In this document: one piece after another, positions 53,023 to 63,064 of the stretch
How positions within the stretch are numbered: position 1 is the first letter of the stretch
Layout of the letters: each line of letters begins with the position of its first letter
IMG/VR virus record: IMGVR_UViG_3300028840_005911
Location: 1 to 64,000 of that record
Direction: 5' to 3' (one strand)
DNA: 64,000 bases
Source of the DNA: a virus
Notes under the pieces: model-generated
What the model was told of the DNA's origin: nothing
Seen by the model: only the letters and a program-made list of their open reading frames with translations
Database searches by the model: none
Made by a program: the position numbers and the translations under genes

Positions 53023-56000
53023 GGCTGACCTCCAACTCTCTTACGTAGTTGAGGACCCTTGCCCGTGATCTTCCACGGGGGTCCAAATGCTGAGGTATCT
53101 CAACGTTTTCCTGCCTTCTCCCTCGTGGGATGATCGGCTTCAAGGTGCCTTCTGGTAGGTCGCCGAGGGCATTGTCCCCAGCCACCATCCTACCATCATC
53201 GGCTAACCTCACATTAGTATTGTAGTCTCCGAAGGCCCTAGAATGGAACCCTTCTACCATAGTCTCAGTGTCAGCCACCTCTCCCCCCGAGAACTCAAGG
53301 TTCTGACTCCCAAGGACCTCTACCAAGTTGGCTATCGGGCGGGTGGTGAACTGTTGGATGAACTCGTGGACGTCGAGGTCCCTCTCCTTGTAGATGCTGT
53401 ACACAGCCGCCAGGCCATCTATGGCCTTCTCGAGGGTATCAACATCTACGTCCAGGACGGTGACCGTGGTCCCGTCATCAGTCTGTACCTCCTGCTCGTT
53501 GACTCCTGCATAGATGTTCTTGGTCTTGTCGTAGTTGCTCCGGATGCTGGAATCGTACCCTTCGGTGTTGACCTGGTCCGCTAGATTGTCCTCGTACAGC
53601 GACTCGTCATCGGTAATGGCGCGGGTGCCTAAGAGAGGGAGGTAGACCTTCTCACTGATGTTCTCTTTCCACCAGACATCCGAATACCAGCCGGGCATCA
53701 GCGCGTCTTCGATGGCAATGTTGGACCTGACAAACTCTCCGGTACCGATGAAGTACTCGACAGTTACGGTGAGACTGTCCGGGACACTGATATAGTTCTT
53801 GTCGGGGTCTGTGCTGATGCCATCGAATTCCTCAGAGCTTACACCGATGTTTTTTGCGCTGATACGGGATACCCTGGTTGTGCTCTGAGAGGCTTCCACT
53901 GAAGATACCTTGCCACTGATCTTCCCGACCCTGATCTTGATGCCCGTATTCAGGCTGTCCGTGAGGTACATGAGGAGCAGATTCTCGAGCTGCTTTCTGC
54001 GATTTCCTCCTGCCCTAAGATTCCTGGACATCTCGACCGGGTACATGACGATCTTCCTTCGTCGCTTCCCCACCTTCTCTCTGGTCAGTACACCGAGGAA
54101 CTCGTCGTCTACTCCTCTGTGAGTTCTGCAGTGAGTGTAGTTGACCGATGTCAAACCACCTGACTGGCTGAGATTGTGGACCAAGGAGTGTACCTTACCG
54201 ATGAACTGAGTAGGTCTCAGCTCTCTGCCGAGTTCTATCTCCATCGGCTTCCTGACTTCAGTCGGGAGCACAGGCTTGTCAATGATGAGCCCTGGGAATC
54301 CGATCACCATGTTCGGATTGAAGTAGGTCTGGGCGCTCATCGTTCTCGAGGCCCACCTGTGGAGATAGAACTGGAAGTGGGCCAGACGCTGAATATATCC
54401 GACCTTCCCTGCCTGGAAAAATTGGTCTTCCCGTCCACGCTCCTTGGCCGCCTTGGTGGCCCATCTGTGACCGCTGGTAACCCACTCGAACTTCGGCACG
54501 ATACCGGAATGCGTCTCGTGGGGAAGGATCACCCTGTGGCCATAGTTCATCGTAGCGTACAGTGTCTTTCCCTGCGTATCCCTGATGCTGGGAGCGAAGT
54601 ACTTCCTTGCCAGGAGCTTGGACCCCCTACCTCCGGCTATGAACCCGAGCCCGCTGTGGCAACTCAGCCTAGTGACCTCCCGCATGAAGTTCCGGCTGTA
54701 GCTGAAATTGTATATCTGGTCCGGGAACAACACATTGCACCGTGGTGGGGCAACGAAGAATGTCTCAGGCAACACAAGCTGGTTGTACATGTGCGTGCCA
54801 ACCTCCACACTGGTTGACACTCTTCTCCTATTTCTACCGGATGACACCTCGTTGGAGATGTCGTTGATAGCCTTTATAGCCCCACCTTCGTACCCATTAC
54901 TTGTCTTCGCTCCACCGATCTTCTCATTTATGGCCGCTGCGGACGTTAGGATTTCTGAAACAGGACTAGCCGGTATAGCCCCTATGGCCGCATCAATATA
55001 CCCCTTGGCCTCCTCAATCTTGCTCTTGACTCTGGATACGTCCGATGTTCTTACAGATCGCAAGTTCTCATTGGCCACATCCACAGCTATGCTTGCAAAA
55101 TTGAGTTGTCTCTCCACACCTTTGAACGTCTCTCCGGGGTCGTCGAGATTCACCTTCTCGTTCATAGTGTAGGCCGCCTCAAGATTGTCGTAGGCATCCC
55201 CAAGGTTCTTAATGACTATCTTCCCTGCTGCAGTGTCGCTGAAAATGGCTGTGGTTGTGCTGACTCTCTTAGACCTCGGAGGGGCCAAGTAAGGAGCCGG
55301 GTTCGGGTAGATATCGTGGAAGATGTAACGGCCGACGTGCCTGAGAATGTCCCTGAAAGAGATGAGGTTGCCCATAGAGGACATTCCAGACCTGATCCAA
55401 TCCCTGAAGGCCTTGGCTGCATAGATCCTCGTTGAGGTCTTATCCTCCTCAACCGCACCCAACATCCCCAGGATGTTGTACCGGAGCTCGGCCAGGGTGA
55501 AGAGCTCGTTCACTCCAGAGTATCCCCGTCCAGATACCGGCCTGACTCCGCCCACCGCCTCGAGCAGGTGGATGAGGCCTCCGAGGAGACCCTTGGTCTG
55601 GCTATATTCCTGACTCTTCGGCCGGGAATTGAGCAGCTGAGAGATGACCCACTTATGCCCGCCGGCGATGTTGTCGAACAGGCCAGATCCTGCCCCCACA
55701 AAGTTCTGAGACCTGTCAGTGAGAGCATCGCCGCCGACCGAATAGTCCGCATACCACTGGTAGCAGGTGTCCCAGTAGATAGACCAGTCCATACACTGCA
55801 GGACGAGCTGGCGTTCATTTGCACCCCTGACGTATTGGTAGCCTATCACCTCACCGCCGAAGATGAGCTTGTAGCTTTCGTCTGCCGCTTCTATCCTATT
55901 CAACACGTTGCGGTCCTGAATCTGATTATTCTCGAGCTGCTTAAAGAAGGTCAGATCCTGCTCGGAGAGCGTGTTGTCCAGGGCAAACAGGTGAACCAGG

Positions 56001-56152
56001 GTCCTGGGTAGCATCTCAGTGGCTGTGTCGGTCGGGATGATCTGGATGGCAGATGTCACCGGCTGGCTAGGGGCAATATTGATCTGTGCCGATATTGCCG
56101 GCACCTCTATACCTTCCATGAACAGCCTGAGGCCGAGTGGTGCTGCTTTCAT
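53003..56152 (-). CDS. baseplate hub/tail protein (gpD/gp27-like), 1049 aa
   Basis: Two genes after the tape measure region. N-terminal LRLFMEGIEVP...IFGGEVIG...LVLQCMD and FNPNMVIGFPGLI patterns resemble hub proteins. Confidence 0.6.
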   Translation of the reverse strand: MKAAPLGLRLFMEGIEVPAISAQINIAPSQPVTSAIQIIPTDTATEMLPRTLVHLFALDNTLSEQDLTFFKQLENNQIQDRNVLNRIEAADESYKLIFGGEVIGYQYVRGANERQLVLQCMDWSIYWDTCYQWYADYSVGGDALTDRSQNFVGAGSGLFDNIAGGHKWVISQLLNSRPKSQEYSQTKGLLGGLIHLLEAVGGVRPVSGRGYSGVNELFTLAELRYNILGMLGAVEEDKTSTRIYAAKAFRDWIRSGMSSMGNLISFRDILRHVGRYIFHDIYPNPAPYLAPPRSKRVSTTTAIFSDTAAGKIVIKNLGDAYDNLEAAYTMNEKVNLDDPGETFKGVERQLNFASIAVDVANENLRSVRTSDVSRVKSKIEEAKGYIDAAIGAIPASPVSEILTSAAAINEKIGGAKTSNGYEGGAIKAINDISNEVSSGRNRRRVSTSVEVGTHMYNQLVLPETFFVAPPRCNVLFPDQIYNFSYSRNFMREVTRLSCHSGLGFIAGGRGSKLLARKYFAPSIRDTQGKTLYATMNYGHRVILPHETHSGIVPKFEWVTSGHRWATKAAKERGREDQFFQAGKVGYIQRLAHFQFYLHRWASRTMSAQTYFNPNMVIGFPGLIIDKPVLPTEVRKPMEIELGRELRPTQFIGKVHSLVHNLSQSGGLTSVNYTHCRTHRGVDDEFLGVLTREKVGKRRRKIVMYPVEMSRNLRAGGNRRKQLENLLLMYLTDSLNTGIKIRVGKISGKVSSVEASQSTTRVSRISAKNIGVSSEEFDGISTDPDKNYISVPDSLTVTVEYFIGTGEFVRSNIAIEDALMPGWYSDVWWKENISEKVYLPLLGTRAITDDESLYEDNLADQVNTEGYDSSIRSNYDKTKNIYAGVNEQEVQTDDGTTVTVLDVDVDTLEKAIDGLAAVYSIYKERDLDVHEFIQQFTTRPIANLVEVLGSQNLEFSGGEVADTETMVEGFHSRAFGDYNTNVRLADDGRMVAGDNALGDLPEGTLKPIIPRGRRQENVEIPQHLDPRGRSRARVLNYVRELEVSRGLLGT

Positions 56153-58065
56153 ACGACAGGCTCGATTTCTACATCTACGTCGTCACGGCCACGGATACCC
56201 TGGGTATCTTCACTGGTCTGGTACCCATCCCCGAGAACCGCCTTGAGGATAGCAAGAATCTCTTCCGGACTTCTAGCCTGCGAGCTCGCGACTCCGGTGC
56301 CGTATGTCTGCGCCAGCTCCGTGCCTTGGACATCTGAACCCTCTGGGGCGGCGTCACTCGATCCGAAGACCTCATCCAGAGTATCAAACTGTGAGACATC
56401 CGTCACGGCGCTGTAGTCGTCATCCTCGTACACCGGCTCGAAGTTCAGGGAGTTGGGCCTGTCCGCATTGGGGACGTACGTGTTCGAGTTGTACACGTCT
56501 CCGAGCCCGGCCGGGGATGGGTCCGGAGACAGAGCGGTGATCTCCTGAAGCTTGCTGCTCAGAGAGCTCTGGAATGTCAACCCCGCCGACCCGGCATTCG
56601 CCCCTAGGTAGTTTTTTGTCTCAGGTCCCTTGTTGCCCGGAGCCAGATATTTGTAGAGGTTCTTGTAGCTGTTGACCGTCTGCGTGGCAGCGTCATAGTA
56701 TACGCCAAGCTGGAAAGTTTGTAGGATGGTTCCGGCCGGATCCCCAAGAAGCTGGTTGGTGAAGGCTGCCCCCGAAGTTATCATGGCAAACCCTGTCTTG
56801 ATCCCGTCGACCACATCTCCCACTGTATCCAGAACACCTAACTTCTCGGCGAGAGTGTTCCACAGAGCGAGCGCCTCTTGTTCCTTGGTAACGGCAGCCA
56901 CCCTCTTTGCAGCCCGAGCCTCGAGCTCGGCAAGTTGTGACGTTGTCAGAAGATCTGCTAGTTTACTCGGTTGCTGCGCCAGGGGGTACTCATCGGTGTT
57001 ATCACTCTTGAACCCTCTGATGATATTCGGCACCAAGAACTCCGGGTCCCTCGGCATCCTGAGTTTAACCGACCCGGTCAGTGTCTCCAGATTCCCTGTC
57101 GCGGAGTCGTAGGCATCATACTCGAACGTGCTTCCAAGACTCCCACCGGCTACTTGAGCCGCACCAACAGATGTGAAATACCCAGCGATTCCTATCGGCA
57201 TCCTCACCGCCCGACCGCTGATGACATCATGGGCGGAATCCACCAGACCGCCCAGCTTGGACTTGGCATCGTTGATACCTCTCGCAACGTTCTTGATAAG
57301 ACCCCCGGTCTGGCCGAACGACTTCTTTAGGTTCTCGAACCTGACGTCTGCCGTAGTCGACGAGTACTTGTCCCTGGCCTGTGCAAGCTGCTGGTTCAGG
57401 ACCGCCACATTTGGAGAATCATTTAGATACCCTGGGAACCTGACGTCCCCGATGTTCGTGTAATCGAAGTAGTTCGTCACGAACATGGTCAGAGAAAATG
57501 AGATCAGGTTTGGGGCTTCGGCATTATCAGACGCCTGGGCCTGGACCGGGTACCCTTCGATCACGATGGAGTCGTAGGAGATATATGCCCTGGCGTTCCT
57601 CTGGACAAGCTTCGTGCCCCGAAAGTACTTCTCGTAGTTGTCCCAGAACTGAGCCCTCCAGTTGAAGTCCTCTGAGCTCACCAGGACGCCCTGGAAGGTA
57701 GTGAACCTGGGCTTCTCCCCGTAAAAGTAGATGTACGGAAGGCCAAAGGTGTCGATGATCTGGGTCTTCTCTTGCCTGACGTCCTCGACCGCCTGAAGGA
57801 TGAAGTCGGAGTACTCATTTACCAGGCCGGTCTCAGATTCGTAAGATCGCTGATCCACAACCTCACTCTCCGACACCAGAGGGATATAGTCCCCGCTCGC
57901 GTCAATCACGCTCAGAGAAGAGTAGGTGTCTTCCTTGATCTGGATCCCACGATAAGGTCTTCGAACTGCTATATCGCTCCCTTTTTCGGCCGCACTCTTC
58001 TGGATATTAGCTCCACGCTCCTTGGACTTCTCGTCTATGGAATCTGTTCGGAGGAATAGGAACAT
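56149..58065 (-). CDS. distal tail/tube-initiator-like protein with C-terminal extension (638 aa)
   Basis: Post-tape-measure position. N-terminal FILQAV...EKTQIIDTFG...YFYGEKPR...GVL...FSLTMFV domain. Confidence 0.5.
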   Translation of the reverse strand: MFLFLRTDSIDEKSKERGANIQKSAAEKGSDIAVRRPYRGIQIKEDTYSSLSVIDASGDYIPLVSESEVVDQRSYESETGLVNEYSDFILQAVEDVRQEKTQIIDTFGLPYIYFYGEKPRFTTFQGVLVSSEDFNWRAQFWDNYEKYFRGTKLVQRNARAYISYDSIVIEGYPVQAQASDNAEAPNLISFSLTMFVTNYFDYTNIGDVRFPGYLNDSPNVAVLNQQLAQARDKYSSTTADVRFENLKKSFGQTGGLIKNVARGINDAKSKLGGLVDSAHDVISGRAVRMPIGIAGYFTSVGAAQVAGGSLGSTFEYDAYDSATGNLETLTGSVKLRMPRDPEFLVPNIIRGFKSDNTDEYPLAQQPSKLADLLTTSQLAELEARAAKRVAAVTKEQEALALWNTLAEKLGVLDTVGDVVDGIKTGFAMITSGAAFTNQLLGDPAGTILQTFQLGVYYDAATQTVNSYKNLYKYLAPGNKGPETKNYLGANAGSAGLTFQSSLSSKLQEITALSPDPSPAGLGDVYNSNTYVPNADRPNSLNFEPVYEDDDYSAVTDVSQFDTLDEVFGSSDAAPEGSDVQGTELAQTYGTGVASSQARSPEEILAILKAVLGDGYQTSEDTQGIRGRDDVDVEIEPVV

Positions 58066-58068
58066 CTG

Positions 58069-58278
58069 TTACCTCCCCTGGTATAGTGGTCGAGTAACGA
58101 AGTCCCGGAACTTCCTGTTCACGTCCGCGCCCCTGTCCTCTCCGGTGATGATGCTGCTGAGCTCCCCATGGATGAGATGTAGAAAGACGTCATCGACTGA
58201 GATCCTGTCTATGGCACGCAGCCTGACCCGGACCCCGTCGATGGTATTGATCGTGACCTCTTCTTCTTGTCTAGCCAT
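58069..58278 (-). CDS. small hypothetical protein (69 aa)
   Basis: TGATG-coupled to the tape measure stop. Confidence 0.65.
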   Translation of the reverse strand: MARQEEEVTINTIDGVRVRLRAIDRISVDDVFLHLIHGELSSIITGEDRGADVNRKFRDFVTRPLYQGR

Positions 58279-61200
58279 CAGTTTTGTCCATATCCCTTAG
58301 ACTTCATGGAAGTCACTTCGGTTTGCAGCTCTTTCAGCTTGTCTGTGATGTCTTCTCCCTTACCCTGCATCGCTGCCACACTGGCGCCGACTGCCCATAC
58401 AAACTTCTGGTGAGACTCTGCGTAGGATCCGAGAAGACCAAGTAGCTTTTCGTTTTGTGCCTCTCTTCCGCCTGGTGTAGCAACTGGGCCACGAGCTCCC
58501 ACTTCCCTACCCAAAGCGCCACGTATCCTGCGGAGCTCGGTGAAAGTGAGACCACCCTCCATCGCCTCTTTTATCATCTTCTGGGTTTCCGAGCTCGAGC
58601 TCCGAAGAACGTCGTACCCCAGTGTTCTGGAGATCTCCCGCATCCTCTTCTTGAGTTGCTGGGCGCTCATCCCTGAGGTAGATGAGAGACCTTCGAGCAT
58701 GGCCATGCCCACAGTGTGTCCGGCCACGGCACCGCCGGTTCTTCGCAGGGCGTCCATGGCCTCTGTGTCGCCAGATATCTCAGCGGCCAGGGCCTGGGCT
58801 CTATCTTGGGTCCTTTCTCCTGTTGGGTCCTCTGTGTAGGCCTCAAGAAGCTGCCGGTATTTGGTGGTCAACCGTGTGCTTAGAGGCCCTGCTCCCCTCT
58901 TGGTCAACGCAGCAAGCTCTTTTCCGGCCAGGGTCTTCCTTTCCTCCTGAGCCTCCATCGTGGTCTGGTATCTCTTTATGTCATCTACCAGATTGGTCTT
59001 CGAAGCCAGCTTAGATAACGCAGCAGGATTCCTAGCTTTGAGCGCGGCGATCTGGTTGTATATCTTTCGAGCTTTCGGGTCATTCTTCTTGAAGACGGCC
59101 TCGATGAACTTCTTACCGCCCTCTGAGTTCTCATCCGCCCTATCCCGGATCCACTGACTGAGCGAGTGACCCCAATCAGAGTTCTCGAGGGCATTGAGCA
59201 GATCCTTGGAGCTGACCATGTCCTCGTCGAACATCTCTCTGTCTATGGCACCAGTAACCCCGTATGCCCCGGTAAATGCTTTTGTAAGGGCCTCCCCCAC
59301 CCCAGCCTTTCCGGTCACTATCTCGTAGATTCCCTGACCTGCGGTCCAGGCAACATGGGGGGCAAATGCCGCCATAGACAGGCTAGCAATGGTCCTGGCT
59401 GCTGTCCCTACTACAGTGGGAGGTTCTTTAAGCATCTCTGCTGCTTCGTCCGCCAGCGTATTTTTGTACTCCAGAACCTTTGCGGTGTCCTGAAGATCCA
59501 GTGCGCCTAGACCAGCATCCTGTGCCCATCCCTGCAAGTTGGCGGACAGGAAGCTGTTATCCCACCCGGACTCTTTCTGGGCGAGAGCCAGCATGTCCAT
59601 CTGATTCTCAGCACTAAAAACAGACTTTCCTCCGGCCTTCATCAGACTCCTGGCAGCTTCGGCATACTCGGGGTCTTTCATCAGCTCTTCGTTGAGCATG
59701 GCGGCGTAGGCCCCTCTATTCCCTCTGGACTCCTCTCTCAGCTTGGCTAGCCTTCTGGCATTTGTGGTATTGCTCATGAACTTCTTCATAGCGAGAGATA
59801 GCTTGTTGAGTTTCGGCTGGGCTTCTTCTCTGGATATGTTGTATCCCAGCCGCTCTAGTGTAGGTTCTTGAGCTCTCCTGGACACCCCTCCAGCCTCAAA
59901 ACCTCCAAGGGCCCCAAGCCGTGAATAGGGGTCGGCGTTCTCCATACCCAGGGCCGATGCAGCTAATCCCCCAGTAAACCTTGCTGTTCCCCAAAAGAGG
60001 CCAGCACCTTCACTACTGTATGACCGGACAAACCTCTCACCTATTGGGGTTCCTCTAGTCCCGCCCCCTATCCGCTGAGCCATACTGGCCATCTCAGCAG
60101 CGCCCATCATCCCGCCACGGCCACCACGCATGATCTCCATGCGCTCACCCTGGGTAACCACTGTGCCGCCGGTCCTCCCGAAGAATTGGTTCACCAGGTC
60201 GTCCATATCCTCCCCGATCCTGGTGACCGCTGTGGATGCAACGTCTTCTATTGGTGCGAGAGTCTGTTCCCAGGCATGTTCCAGGGCCCGCTTCATACCC
60301 TCGAAGCTGCGGTACTTCTTCCTATCCAGATCTCTTGCGGCATCCTCAATAGCTTGTCTCTGCCTCCGCAGACGCTGGTCCCTGATCCTGGGCATCTCGT
60401 CTCCGAGTCTGCGCCAGATATCAGCTTCTCGAGCCTCAACCCCCATGAGCTTTTGAATGAAGAGATTCTGGATATCTTCTCCGGCTTCACCGTATCCGGC
60501 CCGCTCCATGACCGACCGGACAGCCTGGCCCACTGACTCCATCCCACCCTCGGCCATCATCCTCTGGCCTATCTGACCTTGCTGCACGGCAAAAGAGGCG
60601 GCCCCTCCTCTGGTACCTATTCTGGATCTGCCCCGGGCTTGTAGCTGACCAATATCAAGTTGACCAGCTGTGAATCTCTGCATGGCTCTTGGGTCTATCT
60701 TGCCGGTGAACCTTCCTTCTTCGAATTCACCAAGGCCGGCAACCATCAGGCGCCCCATACCACTTTGAGCAAACTGGGCGGCAGTTCCGGTAAGCTGTTG
60801 AGCCACCATCTGCTGCCCTGCCGCTCCCCCAACACCTCCGGTCATCTCTCTGATATCCCGAGACGTCAGAACACCGGCCTGTCCTGCGGCCTGAATGTTC
60901 ATGAAGGCTTCTTGGCCCATCATAGCCCCGGCCCCCAGTGGGCCTCCCATCCGATGCGCCATCGTTGCCCCAGCCTGCATCGCCCCCATAAGCTGTGGGG
61001 CCGCTGGGCCGGCTGCCCTCATAGCCCCGGCCATACCCATGATATCGTTGGCCCGCCACAAGCCCATCCTCTGAGCCTGACCGAACAGGGGCATAGCCTC
61101 TTCTATGGTAGAGCCCATGACATCGGAGATGTTCCGGACCTGGTTGATGATCTCCCTGAACCGGGTCTTGAATTGCTGAGCATTCATAACCCCGGAGAGC

Positions 61201-61901
61201 ATCCCGGAGCGTTGGGCAACGTCTGTGAGGTTAATTGCCTCTTTCATGGAGAGCATCACGTCCTCACTGGCAAACTCCCTGAGGATCCCAGTGATCTCCC
61301 TAATCTGTCCCCGGGACATCTGCCCGCCCGGCCTAACCCCGGCCTGCCCATAGAACGGCCCCTGCCGACCCATGATGTCACCGACCTGAGAGACATTTTG
61401 CGCACCTTGGTAGATAGATTCTCCGATTGTCTGGATACCCATCCCAACAGCGGCGTAAGGGAGAGCAGTCATGGCTGCCGCCCCGATGCCCCCACCAAGG
61501 GCCCCGAGCCCTCCCATGAGTCCTCGCTGAGCAAAAGCCCCACCAATGTGTCCAATCGTGCCAAGAACCCCCGCCCCTCGGGCAGCTCCGCTACCGTAGC
61601 CAAAGGCTCGAGCTCCCATGGTCCACGGATCTAAGATACCGGCTGGGCCTCCCATGAGACCCCCGGCAATGGACGCCGCACCCGCCAGCCCGGGCAGGGC
61701 CATTCCAACACCACCCACCATAGCCCCGGCCATCCCTGCGGAGGGCTCGGACTGGGGGAATGGGTTCTGCATCTGGGAGACCTGCATCTGTGGGCCGGTA
61801 CCGTACATGTTGCTGATCTGCTGAGCATGACCAGCATAGTTGGAAAACATTACATGTTGTCCGCCAACGGCCCCAGAGATCTGATAGGAGGTCATTACCA
61901 T
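58278..61901 (-). CDS. tape measure protein (1207 aa)
   Basis: Long Gly/Ala/Met-rich helical protein with hydrophobic GA-rich stretches, upstream of hub and baseplate genes. Confidence 0.8.
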   Translation of the reverse strand: MVMTSYQISGAVGGQHVMFSNYAGHAQQISNMYGTGPQMQVSQMQNPFPQSEPSAGMAGAMVGGVGMALPGLAGAASIAGGLMGGPAGILDPWTMGARAFGYGSGAARGAGVLGTIGHIGGAFAQRGLMGGLGALGGGIGAAAMTALPYAAVGMGIQTIGESIYQGAQNVSQVGDIMGRQGPFYGQAGVRPGGQMSRGQIREITGILREFASEDVMLSMKEAINLTDVAQRSGMLSGVMNAQQFKTRFREIINQVRNISDVMGSTIEEAMPLFGQAQRMGLWRANDIMGMAGAMRAAGPAAPQLMGAMQAGATMAHRMGGPLGAGAMMGQEAFMNIQAAGQAGVLTSRDIREMTGGVGGAAGQQMVAQQLTGTAAQFAQSGMGRLMVAGLGEFEEGRFTGKIDPRAMQRFTAGQLDIGQLQARGRSRIGTRGGAASFAVQQGQIGQRMMAEGGMESVGQAVRSVMERAGYGEAGEDIQNLFIQKLMGVEAREADIWRRLGDEMPRIRDQRLRRQRQAIEDAARDLDRKKYRSFEGMKRALEHAWEQTLAPIEDVASTAVTRIGEDMDDLVNQFFGRTGGTVVTQGERMEIMRGGRGGMMGAAEMASMAQRIGGGTRGTPIGERFVRSYSSEGAGLFWGTARFTGGLAASALGMENADPYSRLGALGGFEAGGVSRRAQEPTLERLGYNISREEAQPKLNKLSLAMKKFMSNTTNARRLAKLREESRGNRGAYAAMLNEELMKDPEYAEAARSLMKAGGKSVFSAENQMDMLALAQKESGWDNSFLSANLQGWAQDAGLGALDLQDTAKVLEYKNTLADEAAEMLKEPPTVVGTAARTIASLSMAAFAPHVAWTAGQGIYEIVTGKAGVGEALTKAFTGAYGVTGAIDREMFDEDMVSSKDLLNALENSDWGHSLSQWIRDRADENSEGGKKFIEAVFKKNDPKARKIYNQIAALKARNPAALSKLASKTNLVDDIKRYQTTMEAQEERKTLAGKELAALTKRGAGPLSTRLTTKYRQLLEAYTEDPTGERTQDRAQALAAEISGDTEAMDALRRTGGAVAGHTVGMAMLEGLSSTSGMSAQQLKKRMREISRTLGYDVLRSSSSETQKMIKEAMEGGLTFTELRRIRGALGREVGARGPVATPGGREAQNEKLLGLLGSYAESHQKFVWAVGASVAAMQGKGEDITDKLKELQTEVTSMKSKGYGQN

Positions 61902-62001
61902 TGTGAGGCGGGCTCCTCTGGTAGTTCTTTATGAAGTCTACCTGAAAAATCGAGCCAAAACAATGGTGTAGAGAGGAAGGTAAAAATGAAGGGTCTTTTC
62001 G

Positions 62002-62109
62002 TTACAAGAATAGTGAGTCAAAGGAGTCCTGTGATGCCGAGGAGCGCCAGAAATGGAAGCAAGACCCATCGCAGGAGAGCTCGAGGTCCGGACCACTCCG
62101 GAGATTCAT
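62002..62109 (-). CDS. possible 35-aa ORF
   Basis: AGGAG SD; ATG 1 nt after the upstream stop; MNLRSGPDLELSCDGSCFHFWRSSASQDSFDSLFL*. No other support. Confidence 0.25.
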   Translation of the reverse strand: MNLRSGPDLELSCDGSCFHFWRSSASQDSFDSLFL

Positions 62110-62110
62110 T

Positions 62111-62371
62111 TTACTCCTGAGCCTTCTGCTTGTCCGGTGGCGGGGTGACCTTCTTGGACTTCTTCCCGGGCGTGTCCTTCTTCACGATGCGGTCACGGTA
62201 GTTCTTGATGGTCTTCTCGCAGGTAGAACAGAGATCCTCGTACCGGATTGTCTCCCCGAGGAACTTCATTTCCAGAGCGTAGCTGGCCTTCGTATCCTCC
62301 TTCGGGACCGGCATGACGGTAACCTTCTTGCACCTGTCGCACTGTACCTCGAGTACTTTCCTTGTAGCCAT
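62111..62371 (-). CDS. small zinc-binding protein
   Basis: CDRC and CSTC pairs; Lys-rich tail; TAATG-coupled to the upstream gene. Confidence 0.75.
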   Translation of the reverse strand: MATRKVLEVQCDRCKKVTVMPVPKEDTKASYALEMKFLGETIRYEDLCSTCEKTIKNYRDRIVKKDTPGKKSKKVTPPPDKQKAQE

Positions 62372-62592
62372 TAGAATCTCTCTCTCAGCTTCTGGTAGAG
62401 GTAGCTCCCCACAGCGTCCAGCTCCCAGTCGGTCAGACCGTCTGCCGTGGGGTCATTTTCGTGGGCCGTACTTACGAGGAAGCTGCTGAAAGTTTCGGCC
62501 TCTTTTCGACATAAGGAGAATAGAGGCTTACCCCCCTCCTGTAGTTCTTCGTCGCCGCCTTCCAAGGTGACTTTGATCTTCGGTTCGGACAT
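62371..62592 (-). CDS. hypothetical protein (73 aa)
   Basis: Start reassigned to MSEPKIK, with GGAGG SD and an upstream promoter. Confidence 0.7.
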   Translation of the reverse strand: MSEPKIKVTLEGGDEELQEGGKPLFSLCRKEAETFSSFLVSTAHENDPTADGLTDWELDAVGSYLYQKLRERF

Positions 62593-62619
62593 ATAGGCCT
62601 CCGTATCGTTGTTGTGGTA

Positions 62620-62648
62620 ACTATACATATGCTGTATGTATGCGTCAA
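62620..62648 (-). promoter_or_regulatory. leftward sigma70-type promoter
   Basis: Minus strand reads TTGACG-N17-TATAGT, 27 nt upstream of the ATG at 62592. Confidence 0.8.
62623..62641. promoter_or_regulatory. palindromic operator-like site in the divergent promoter region
   Basis: ATACATA-tgctg-TATGTAT: perfect 7-bp inverted repeat overlapping the promoter spacer and -10. Confidence 0.55.
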
Positions 62649-62658
62649 GGAGAAGCAG

Positions 62659-62880
62659 ATGCCAAGACCCAGAGCGAAAAGATTCAAAGTTGTAAGGGGC
62701 GATGCCGAGTGCTGGTTTCCCTATGACCGTGAGCTCACGGAGAAGAAGCTCACGGATCTGTGTAATGCCCGTGAACAGAGCTTCGACAAGGTATTCCCCG
62801 GCCTCCTCCTGAAGGATGACGACGGTAACATCCTCGAGCCCGAGCTGAAGATCACCTTCAAAGAGTCTGACGATGAATGA
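62659..62880 (+). CDS. hypothetical protein (73 aa)
   Basis: AAGGAG SD, start MPRPRAK; first gene of the rightward arm. Confidence 0.75.
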   Translation: MPRPRAKRFKVVRGDAECWFPYDRELTEKKLTDLCNAREQSFDKVFPGLLLKDDDGNILEPELKITFKESDDE

Positions 62881-63064
62881 CAAGCCGAAATTCAAGCTCA
62901 AGTACTGGTACCGTGGGGCTCCAGAATCAAGACCCGGAGGTCCGTACTGGTATAGATATTTCAAGGATGAAGACACTATGAACTCGTTCATAAACAGCCA
63001 CATAGAATTTTGGAATGACCACCAAATCACGGAGATCAATGATGAGAGAGTTCAGGCAGACTAA
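62873..63064 (+). CDS. small aromatic-rich hypothetical protein (63 aa)
   Basis: Overlaps the upstream stop by 8 nt. Confidence 0.65.
   Translation: MNDKPKFKLKYWYRGAPESRPGGPYWYRYFKDEDTMNSFINSHIEFWNDHQITEINDERVQAD

Noticed and set aside
61902-62371. Programmed frameshift tail-assembly chaperone pair upstream of the tape measure
   Set aside because: The upstream ORFs are a Zn-binding protein and a short acidic protein. No convincing slippery site linking overlapping frames was found.
62371-63039. 222-aa minus-strand ORF as listed in the track
   Set aside because: Its 5' part is antisense to two SD-supported plus-strand genes and crosses the promoter. The real start is most likely 62592.
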